From an archaeon (GTDB lineage Archaea > Iainarchaeota > Iainarchaeia > Iainarchaeales > JAAZKV01), in NCBI GenBank assembly GCA_041659525.1, contig JBAZYC010000001.1, forward strand, positions 725,554 through 789,553: a stretch of DNA of 64,000 bases. The letters are read 5' to 3'. A program made the position numbers and the translations under genes. Shown piece by piece: positions 36,999 through 44,799 of the stretch. A model generated the notes under the pieces. It searched no databases, was not told the origin of the DNA, and saw only the letters and a program-made list of their open reading frames with translations. How positions within the stretch are numbered: the stretch's first letter is position 1; every line of letters starts with the position of its first letter.

Positions 36999-38069
36999 AT
37001 GGTTCTTAAGGAATCTTGCCCTAACTTATTTAGTACTGGTGTTGATTGGCAGCTTTATTTATCGCGTCCGTTTTCTATTTTCGAATCTTCTTTGTGGCAT
37101 TCTTGGTTTTCTTCTGAAGAATTACTTTCTGTTTTAGGGGTTGTTTCTCCTAAAGGATTGTACATTGAATATCCTAAAGAAATTAGTAACAATTACCGTG
37201 ATTCAACTGAGTTAAAAAATTTTTCTGATTCTTTTGAATTAATTCCAAAAACAAATCGAGAAAAATCATTGGCTCTTCTAAAAAAAGGACTTGAGTTAAA
37301 TAATAAAACAATTGAATTAATAAAAAGTAATTCGCTTTCGCTTGAAGAGGCAGTGAATCATTTAACTCTTCTTGCAGTTCATTCTACTATAGCTCCTTTT
37401 TTTATTAGAAATGGATTAGAAAAGCATAATTTAATTGATGAAGAAATTGCCACTCTTGCAGATGAACTTAGAAAAAAATCATTTTATCCTGATTATTTAG
37501 AGAAAGTAATTTTTCCTATTGCTCAAAAAAGAATTGAGTCATTAGGGTTTGAAAAAGATTGTTTGCCTTTCATTACTTACAAGGATTTGATTAAAGGAAA
37601 TACAAGTACTGTTTTATTGAATAAGGAAAAATCAAAGCAAGGATTGCTTTTTGTTTATGATTGTAATACTAGCGATGAAAATGTTACTTTTGTTGAAGAT
37701 ACTAGTCCAATAATAAAATCACTTAACAAAGATTTTGTTGAAAGTAAAATTGGGGGCTGTACTGCCTATAGTGGAAAAGTTATTGGTAAAGTTCATTTAG
37801 TTTTTACAAATAACCCTAAAGGAATTATTTTTGATCAGGGGGATATTTTAGTTGCTATTCACACAAGTCCTAGATTGAGTCCTCTTTTTGATAAAGCTGG
37901 GGCGATTGTTACTGATGAAGGTGGAATTGCTTGTCACGCAGCAATTATTAGTAGAGAAATGCATATTCCTTGTATTGTTGGAACAAAGAATGCAACAAAA
38001 ATTTTGCATGATGGAGATTTAGTAGAAGTTGACGCAAGTAAAGGGACTGTAAAAATCTTAACTAAATAA
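36999..38069 (+). CDS. Short helical domain + phospho-His swivel domain protein
   Basis: TDEGGIACHAAIISREMHIPC (His codon 37935). Confidence 0.88.
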   Translation: MVLKESCPNLFSTGVDWQLYLSRPFSIFESSLWHSWFSSEELLSVLGVVSPKGLYIEYPKEISNNYRDSTELKNFSDSFELIPKTNREKSLALLKKGLELNNKTIELIKSNSLSLEEAVNHLTLLAVHSTIAPFFIRNGLEKHNLIDEEIATLADELRKKSFYPDYLEKVIFPIAQKRIESLGFEKDCLPFITYKDLIKGNTSTVLLNKEKSKQGLLFVYDCNTSDENVTFVEDTSPIIKSLNKDFVESKIGGCTAYSGKVIGKVHLVFTNNPKGIIFDQGDILVAIHTSPRLSPLFDKAGAIVTDEGGIACHAAIISREMHIPCIVGTKNATKILHDGDLVEVDASKGTVKILTK

Positions 38070-38125
38070 TAAATTTATAAAGAATAAAATTAATTTACTT
38101 CAAAAAATTGACTTAACTCAAAAGT

Positions 38126-38737
38126 TTATTTAAGTCCAGCTTCTATTGAATCAACATCGTCTGCGGAGATTATTTCAAATCCTTCGCCATCGTATTCTAG
38201 TTCAAATAGTGCGCAGTCTTTGATTCCACTTACTTCAAATCCAATTATTTCTCTAAAAATAGCAGTTATTGGTCCGCCGTGAGTCAAAAATGCAATTGAA
38301 TCAGTTTCTGCTTCACTTTCTTCTTCAATTATTTCATTAAATGCAGCTAACACTCTTTCACAAAATTCAAAGTACCCTTCAGAATCTTTTACATGGTGGT
38401 AGGGAGCGTTTTCTTCAAGATCCATTACTTCATCTTCATATTCTTCTTTTGCTTCCTCTTTTTTCATTCCGCTTAGTATTCCATAATTATTTCTTTCGCG
38501 TAAATCAGGAACTGAAATTAAAGTGGGTTGTATTTCTTTTCCAATAATTGCAGCAGTTTCAACCGCTCTTTTTTTTGGGCTAACAAATAGTTTAGTTATT
38601 TCGCTTTCGCTTAATCTTTTAGCAAGTTCTGCTGCTTGTTTTTTTCCTTTTGGAGTAAGAGAATCATCATATTCTCCGCCGTAGCGTTTCTCAATATCTG
38701 AAGTACTTTCGCCGTGTCTTAAAAGAAAAACTCGCAT
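38126..38737 (-). CDS. Histidine phosphatase family protein
   Basis: LLRHGES, LTPKG, SPKKRAVETA, LRERNNYG, THGG. Confidence 0.92.
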   Translation of the reverse strand: MRVFLLRHGESTSDIEKRYGGEYDDSLTPKGKKQAAELAKRLSESEITKLFVSPKKRAVETAAIIGKEIQPTLISVPDLRERNNYGILSGMKKEEAKEEYEDEVMDLEENAPYHHVKDSEGYFEFCERVLAAFNEIIEEESEAETDSIAFLTHGGPITAIFREIIGFEVSGIKDCALFELEYDGEGFEIISADDVDSIEAGLK

Positions 38738-38867
38738 ATTCTCACAAAGAAAAAATAATTCCAAGACTTTATAATTGTTTTTAGAGCGACTTAATTTTTA
38801 GCCAAACTCACCCTATTAACCTTTAAAATCCCTTTCCTTATTAGTTTCTTTAGTAGATGTGGTAAAA

Positions 38868-40322
38868 ATGGCTGATCAACTTAAACTCCCTGATTACAAG
38901 AACCAACCTAGTGAGTGGTACACTGAAATAGTTAAGGAAGCCCAATTAGCGGATATTCGTTACGGGGTTAAGGGTTGCTTGGTTTTCCAACCTTGGTCTG
39001 TTGAGGCAATGGAAAAAATGTATGATTATTTAGAAAAAGATTTGAAGAAAAGAGGACACACTAATTACTGGTATCCTACTTTGATTCCCGAATCTTATTT
39101 TTACAAAGAAGCTGAGCACATAGAAGGTTTTTCTCCTGAAGTATTTTGGGTAGAAAAAGGTGGGACAGAGAAGTTAGAAGAAAAATTAGCATTAAGACCA
39201 ACAAGTGAAACTGCTTTTTACACAATGTTTGCGCTTTGGATTCGCTCTTACAAAGATTTGCCTTTCAAAACTTATCAAAGAGCAAATGTGTTTAGATACG
39301 AATCAAAAGCAACTAGACCTTTTTTAAGAAGCAGAGAATTTTTTTGGATAGAGACTCACTGTGCTTTTGCTACGCAAGAAGAAGCTTTCCAAAATGTTTT
39401 AGATGACATGGAGACTACTAAGAGAGTAGTATTTGGAATTTTTGGAGTACCAACTATTGTATTTGAGAGACCTGCTTGGGACAAATTTGCAGGAGCTAGT
39501 AGAACTTTTGGAGCAGATGCTTTTACTCCAAGTGGAAGAGTAGTTCAACAACCAAGTACTCACATGATTAATCAGCACTTTACTCAATCATTCGGCGTAA
39601 AATTTGCGGATAAGGATGAAAAAGAAAAAACTCCTTACACTACTTGTTATGGTCCCGCTATTTCAAGAATATTTGCATCAGTTGTACTAACTCACGGAGA
39701 TAATAAAGGACTAAAATTCCCTTTCGAAATTGCTCCTAAACAAGTAGTAATTATTCCAATCATGGCAGAGAAAGAACCCAAAGTTTTAGAAAAAGCAAAA
39801 GAACTCGCAGATATTTTAGATGGAGCTGGGTTCAGAGTAGAAATAGATGCAACTGAAAAGAGACCTGGTGAAAAATATTATTTTTGGGAAATGAAAGGGG
39901 TTCCTCTTAGAATAGAACTTGGTCCAAGAGATTTAGCTGAAAGCAAATTCATGTTATTTAGAAGAGATACTGCTGAAAAAGTTAGTGTTCTTGAGAAAGA
40001 TATGCTTTCAGAAGTTTACAAACAAGGAAAAAGTCTTAGTGAGAACTTAAGAGAAAATGCGTTAAAGAATTTTGAAGGACTAATTAAAGATGTTAGTACT
40101 ATTGAAGAGGTAAAAGGAATTGTTGGTAAAGGAATTGCGAGGGCAAACTTTTGTTCAGTTGAAAAAGATGGAGAGGCTTGTGCTGAAGTAATTGAAAAAG
40201 AAACTGGCGGAAAGATACGCGGAACAAGAATTGATGTTAAGGACGAATTAATTGGCGAAGGTAATTGCATTGCCTGCGGAAAGAAAGCAACAAAAGTAGT
40301 TTACATTGCAAAAGATTACTAA
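38868..40322 (+). CDS. proS: Proline--tRNA ligase (archaeal/eukaryotic type)
   Basis: EAEHIEGFSPEVFWV, LRPTSET, FRYE...PFLRSREFFW, WEMKGVPLRIELGPRD, C-terminal Zn motif and AKDY. Confidence 0.97.
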   Translation: MADQLKLPDYKNQPSEWYTEIVKEAQLADIRYGVKGCLVFQPWSVEAMEKMYDYLEKDLKKRGHTNYWYPTLIPESYFYKEAEHIEGFSPEVFWVEKGGTEKLEEKLALRPTSETAFYTMFALWIRSYKDLPFKTYQRANVFRYESKATRPFLRSREFFWIETHCAFATQEEAFQNVLDDMETTKRVVFGIFGVPTIVFERPAWDKFAGASRTFGADAFTPSGRVVQQPSTHMINQHFTQSFGVKFADKDEKEKTPYTTCYGPAISRIFASVVLTHGDNKGLKFPFEIAPKQVVIIPIMAEKEPKVLEKAKELADILDGAGFRVEIDATEKRPGEKYYFWEMKGVPLRIELGPRDLAESKFMLFRRDTAEKVSVLEKDMLSEVYKQGKSLSENLRENALKNFEGLIKDVSTIEEVKGIVGKGIARANFCSVEKDGEACAEVIEKETGGKIRGTRIDVKDELIGEGNCIACGKKATKVVYIAKDY

Positions 40323-40366
40323 TTTTGTCTTGTATTTTTCTATTAATTTTAAGGTTTCTAAAAAAA

Positions 40367-40813
40367 TTATACTTTTATTGCCCATATTTCTACTTCGCTT
40401 TCATCAATTATTTTGTCATGCATTTTTTCAAAATTAAATCCTACATCATCGTATAAGTGTTTTGCCCCCAAATTATCTTTTTTAACTAATAGAAAAAGTC
40501 GTTGAACTTTTTTGTGTTTGCATTCGTTTATGCATTGTTCAACTAGGGCAGTTCCTATTTTTTGGTCTCTCCAACCATCATCTACAAAAACTGCATTGAG
40601 TCTTGCTTCTTTTTTGTCAGGGAAGAATTCCAGTTCAGCAAATCCTGTTAAAATATTTTTTTGCTTTGAAACAAGAACTAAGTGTTTTGAATCATTAATT
40701 CTTTCAATGATTTTATCAGGGGTAAAAGTAGTGTAAGGGAACTCTTGTTTTATCATTTCATCTAGCCATTCTGCTTCACTAGCTTTTGCTTTTTCTATTT
40801 CCAAAAAGTTCAC
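40367..40813 (-). CDS. GNAT family N-acetyltransferase
   Basis: VFVDDGWRDQKIGTAL, NLGAKHLYDDVGF. Confidence 0.88.
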   Translation of the reverse strand: MNFLEIEKAKASEAEWLDEMIKQEFPYTTFTPDKIIERINDSKHLVLVSKQKNILTGFAELEFFPDKKEARLNAVFVDDGWRDQKIGTALVEQCINECKHKKVQRLFLLVKKDNLGAKHLYDDVGFNFEKMHDKIIDESEVEIWAIKV

Positions 40814-41512
40814 CTATTGTTGTTCTTTGAAATCCTTGTTATTTAGGTATTCGTTTATTTCTTTTTCACTCACTGCGCACCCGCCGAATTTTGCTGCCCA
40901 AAGAGCTGCTTCAATTTCCAATTTTCCGTGTGCAAGTTCATGGTCAAACAAGCCTTGTTCGTAAGCGAATGCGATTAAATCAACGCTTCTAAACATTAAA
41001 AGATTAGGAAACATATTTCTAATCGAATCTAGGTTTTGTTGATTCACTTTTATTTCTTCTTCTTGTTTTCTTTCAAGTGTTTGTTTTAACCTTGAAGGAT
41101 TTTCTATTAAAGATCTTGTTGTTCTTTCATCAATGAATAATGCTTTTGCCCCATAAATTTTTGCAATAGCAAGTGCTTCAGCTTCCCCTGCTTGGATTAT
41201 TTTTAATGGCCCATCTTTAGTAAAGAAAATATTATTTGATAATGTAAGTATTTTTTGCATAGTGTTTGTTATTTCGCTTGTAACAGGGATTACTTTCACA
41301 GTTTGTTCGCTTAGAGCGTATTTTATTCTTGCAGCATTTAGTGCAAATCTTTTATTAGTAATTGGTTTCCAAACACTTTCTTGTGCAACGGTACTTGAAA
41401 TTAATAATTCAACTTTATTTGTTCTTACAAATGACTTGAACACGTTCATTAGGCATGTCCCTGAGAGGGTAATCATTGTTCCTGTGTCAATTACTGCTTT
41501 CATTTTCATCAT
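40814..41512 (-). CDS. PIN-domain protein (DUF3368-like)
   Basis: VIDTG, VAQE, GEAEALAIA, FIDERTTR acidic PIN pattern. Confidence 0.75.
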   Translation of the reverse strand: MMKMKAVIDTGTMITLSGTCLMNVFKSFVRTNKVELLISSTVAQESVWKPITNKRFALNAARIKYALSEQTVKVIPVTSEITNTMQKILTLSNNIFFTKDGPLKIIQAGEAEALAIAKIYGAKALFIDERTTRSLIENPSRLKQTLERKQEEEIKVNQQNLDSIRNMFPNLLMFRSVDLIAFAYEQGLFDHELAHGKLEIEAALWAAKFGGCAVSEKEINEYLNNKDFKEQQ

Positions 41513-41554
41513 CTCTAAATTTAATTTTTTTCAATTTTTGTTATTTTCTTCAAT

Positions 41555-42112
41555 TTACTTTGCCTCAATAATAGTTTTTAGTTCTTTTATTCTTTGCACA
41601 ATGTTTTTCGCTTCTGGTTCTTCATCGTGCATTGTAGTAAATCCAATGTAGGATTGAACTTCTTTAACATCAGCGCCAGTAAGTTCTGCTGATTGAGCAA
41701 TACTTAATCCGTAGGAGTAAGCAAGTGAAGCTTCTTTCACTTTTGCTTTTTCATAAATGTTTTGAGCATAATTTCCTATTTCGTTATCAATCCCTCTGAT
41801 GCTTAATATTATTGATTTTAGTGAACTAAAAAATTGTTTTTCATTTTCGTTTAGCGCGGCTTCTCTTGCGGTTGATAAGTTTTCTGAAATTATTTGTTTT
41901 ACTTTTATCCACTGTGAGCTTTGTACAAAGTGGGGTTTTGTTTCTATTTTGTGTAATGAATAAGCAATTACCCCCAGTTCTGCTTTAGCATAATCATTTT
42001 GCATTGCAGCTTCTCTAATTAATCTGCTACTTAGTCCACGTAAATCAAGCACGTTTTTTTGCTCAAAGAGTCTTAGTACTTCTTCAATATCGTAGCTTAG
42101 TGGTTTCATCAA
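41555..42112 (-). CDS. Hypothetical helical protein with C-terminal UPF0175-like HTH
   Basis: GLSIAQSAELTG motif; lies upstream of the PIN gene. Confidence 0.65.
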   Translation of the reverse strand: MMKPLSYDIEEVLRLFEQKNVLDLRGLSSRLIREAAMQNDYAKAELGVIAYSLHKIETKPHFVQSSQWIKVKQIISENLSTAREAALNENEKQFFSSLKSIILSIRGIDNEIGNYAQNIYEKAKVKEASLAYSYGLSIAQSAELTGADVKEVQSYIGFTTMHDEEPEAKNIVQRIKELKTIIEAK

Positions 42113-42244
42113 AAAACAATTGTTTTTCTTCTATTTAATGGTTGCGCGGAAGAGGGTGAGGTATGTGGCTTTGGTAGGGGCAATTGGCTTTGAAAGATTG
42201 TTTTTTAAGCCAAAATACTAATGTTATTGTTATTGAGTGGTGTT

Positions 42245-42643
42245 ATGAAGGTTTTAGTTCCATTGCTTTCTGGTAAAGAATCAGATAAAGCGTTTGTTGA
42301 AACTTTTGCTTCTAAAGCAGATGAAATAATTCTTCTTCAAATAGTGGATAAGGATTTTATGAACAAAACTGCTTTTGCTCTTGGAGAGTTGAGGCAATCA
42401 AAGGCCACTGTTGAAGAAATAAAGAAAATGGTTAATTCTAAAAAGAAAAAATTTACTGAAGTTACTGAGTGGGGTTCTACAATAAAAAAGATTTTGGGTA
42501 TTGCGATTTTACAAAAAGTTGATAAGGTATATTTGGTTAATCAAAAAAATCAATTCTTTGGAGATATATTAAAAGAGTTAAAGAAAAACAAAGTTGTTTT
42601 TGAAGTAATTGATGTTTTGGAAAAAGAAGAGGAAAAGGAGTGA
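42245..42643 (+). CDS. Universal stress protein-like
   Basis: MKVLVPL, EIILLQIVD, EWG...I...A...VD USP pattern. Confidence 0.65.
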   Translation: MKVLVPLLSGKESDKAFVETFASKADEIILLQIVDKDFMNKTAFALGELRQSKATVEEIKKMVNSKKKKFTEVTEWGSTIKKILGIAILQKVDKVYLVNQKNQFFGDILKELKKNKVVFEVIDVLEKEEEKE

Positions 42644-42648
42644 TTAAT

Positions 42649-43209
42649 ATGGCTGAAAATAAGATTGCGGGCAAAATTCAAAATAGCTCTGAGCACAATG
42701 TTGCGCTTCTTTTAGAAAACAAAGTTCTTGTAGAAGATTCTACTCTCAAAGGAACTCTTGTAGAAAAAGGTTTTGGAGAAAACAAGGGAAGAAATTTGAT
42801 TCTTGATTTATTTGAAGCGCTTTACTTAATTCAAAAAGATAAACTCACTTTGTTGGACAAAAAAGGGAAATCTGTTTCCTCAAAAAAATTACTTTCCTTA
42901 GGTCTAGAGGATGAAAAAAGTTTTTACTCAAAATTTGTTGTTTACTCTGATATTAAAGAAAAAGGTTATTGCATTAAAACCGGTTTAAAATTTGGTTTTG
43001 ATTTTAGAGTTTACCCTAAAGGAAAAAAAATGGGTGAAGTCCATTCTCAATATGGAGTGCATGTTTCTCCTGAGAATGAAAAACTTTCAATGACTCAACT
43101 AAGCAGAATGACTCGCCTTGCAGGAAATATTCACATCAAAGCAATAATTGCAGTGGTGGACAGAGAGGATGAAATTAATTATTATTCTTCTGATAGAATT
43201 CTTTTTTGA
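42649..43209 (+). CDS. endA: tRNA-intron endonuclease
   Basis: LDLFEALYL, FVVYSDIKEKGY, KTGLKFGFDFRVY, HS, KAIIAVVD. Confidence 0.93.
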   Translation: MAENKIAGKIQNSSEHNVALLLENKVLVEDSTLKGTLVEKGFGENKGRNLILDLFEALYLIQKDKLTLLDKKGKSVSSKKLLSLGLEDEKSFYSKFVVYSDIKEKGYCIKTGLKFGFDFRVYPKGKKMGEVHSQYGVHVSPENEKLSMTQLSRMTRLAGNIHIKAIIAVVDREDEINYYSSDRILF

Positions 43210-43286
43210 AGTCTATTATTGATTTTTTTTAAGGGACTAAATTTTTTTAAAAATTAGTTTTTTTAAAAATAATAAAAAGTGTTTTA

Positions 43287-43309
43287 GGAATTGGATTTTT
43301 TCCAATTCC
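43287..43309 (-). terminator. Hairpin downstream of the histone gene
   Basis: ggaattgga/tccaattcc stem followed by T-tracts on the - strand. Confidence 0.55.
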
Positions 43310-43342
43310 AAAACTTAATAGAAACTCTTTTTCTTTAGTTCT

Positions 43343-43519
43343 TTAGAAGTCGCATGCTCTAACAGTTTTTCTTCCGTTTTCTTTTGCTCTTGCAGCTGCT
43401 TCTTTTACCATTTTAGCTACTTTTCCGCTCAAAGCGTCAACAACATCGCTTGCTGTGTTACAATCTTCTGCTTTGATTGCGTCCTTAATTTTTGATGCTA
43501 CAACTAATACTTCAGCCAT
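43343..43519 (-). CDS. Minimal (alpha3-type) prokaryotic histone, 58 aa
   Basis: MAEVLVVASKIKDAIK...AAARAKENGRKTVRACDF, with RKTxxxxD histone-fold signature and truncated alpha3; SD GGGGAG before ATG 43519. Confidence 0.88.
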   Translation of the reverse strand: MAEVLVVASKIKDAIKAEDCNTASDVVDALSGKVAKMVKEAAARAKENGRKTVRACDF

Positions 43520-43676
43520 AATTATCTCCCCCATGCCCCTTTGTTGAGGCACTTTTCTGAAAAACAATAACCCTAAAGAGTATTTAAACCAAATGGTTCA
43601 ATTTGGCATTTTAGGCAAGTGTGGGTCACTTTTTCTTTTAGTGGCTTTGTTAAAAGCTTTTTTACTCTTTAATTAC

Positions 43677-43734
43677 TTGTCTGTGATGAAGCTAATGTTC
43701 TGATTTGTGATGAACGATGGGCGAACTGAGACAA
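43677..43734 (+). ncRNA. Archaeal box C/D 2'-O-methylation guide sRNA
   Basis: TTGTC stem; C box GTGATGA (43683-43689); guide AGCTAATGTT; D' CTGA (43700-43703); C' GTGATGA (43707-43713); guide ACGATGGGCGAA; D CTGA (43726-43729); closing GACAA. Confidence 0.88.
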
Positions 43735-43831
43735 CTTTAAACTACAGCTTTGATAAGAGCGATTTTTAGTTTGGTGGTAGGTTTAAATACTTTCAAAGAG
43801 TTTCTATCTATAATTCAATTTAGTGGTTCTA

Positions 43832-44713
43832 ATGCAAGAGGATGGTGTGTTTATTCCCTCAGAAAAGGCTTCTTCGCCTGGGTTTTCAATTAAAATGGAT
43901 AACTTGGGTTCTACTCAAATAAAACCTGAAAAAGATTCTCTTACTGGGGAAAAAGAAGATGATTATTCTGTTCCTGAAAAAGAAATAGTGGTAGAAAGAG
44001 TTAATGATGGTTCCGATACTTCAAGAGTAAAAACTGGGATAGTTGGTTTTGATGAACTAATTGAAGGTGGATTTGAAAGAGAATCAATTGTGTTAACCGT
44101 TGGTTCTAGTGGGACTGGTAAAACAATTTTAAGTATGCAATTTCTTTACAAAGGAATAGTAGATTATAACGAACCAGGAGTTTTCATTTCTTTTGAAGAA
44201 GAAAGAGATTCGCTCTTCAAGCATTCTTTGCAATTTGGTTGGGATTTTGAGAACTTAGAAAAAAATGATAAATTTAGATTACTAGTGTTTAAGCCTCACC
44301 AAGTTCCAAAAATTTTGGAAGAAGGGGGAGGACAAATCAGAGATGCTTTGGCTGAAGTTGGAGCAAAGAGAGTAGTTATTGATTCAATCACTGCTTATGG
44401 ATTACTTTTTAGAGATGAGTATAAAAGAAGAGAAAAGATTTTAGAGTTTTTTAATTTACTTAGAAGATGGGGAGTAACTTCAATGATTGTTTGCGAGGAT
44501 TCTCCAAAAGATGTTGAAGAACAAGAAGGAAGTATTGGATTTATTAGTGATGCAATTGTTTCTCTTTACTACGAGCATGATAAAGAAAAAGGAATTAGAA
44601 TTCATTCACTTGAAGTGTTAAAGATGCGCGGAACAAAACACACAAACAAAGTTTGCGCAATGAACTTTGAAAAAGATGGAATTACAGTCTACCCTGACGT
44701 AGAGGTATTCTGA
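43832..44713 (+). CDS. KaiC/RAD55-like single-domain RecA-fold ATPase
   Basis: TGIVGFDELIEGG, GSSGTGKT, SFEE, VVIDS, LEVLKMRGTKH. Confidence 0.92.
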   Translation: MQEDGVFIPSEKASSPGFSIKMDNLGSTQIKPEKDSLTGEKEDDYSVPEKEIVVERVNDGSDTSRVKTGIVGFDELIEGGFERESIVLTVGSSGTGKTILSMQFLYKGIVDYNEPGVFISFEEERDSLFKHSLQFGWDFENLEKNDKFRLLVFKPHQVPKILEEGGGQIRDALAEVGAKRVVIDSITAYGLLFRDEYKRREKILEFFNLLRRWGVTSMIVCEDSPKDVEEQEGSIGFISDAIVSLYYEHDKEKGIRIHSLEVLKMRGTKHTNKVCAMNFEKDGITVYPDVEVF

Positions 44714-44748
44714 TTATCAGGGTCTACCCTGACGTAGAAGTGTTTTAG
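44681..44748 (+). repeat. Tandem duplication of the last 10 codons + stop of the KaiC-like gene
   Basis: ITVYPDVEVF* followed 2 nt later by IRVYPDVEVF*; core gtctaccctgacgtaga is identical. Confidence 0.85.
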
Positions 44749-44799
44749 AAAATTACTTAGCTAATCTTTATTCAGTTTTTTTATTTTTCTGATTTTTTT

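Noticed and set aside
23379..38868. Dikinase array as an island integrated at tRNA-Pro
   Set aside because: No att duplication or integrase seen; the tRNA-Pro/proS bracketing may be coincidental
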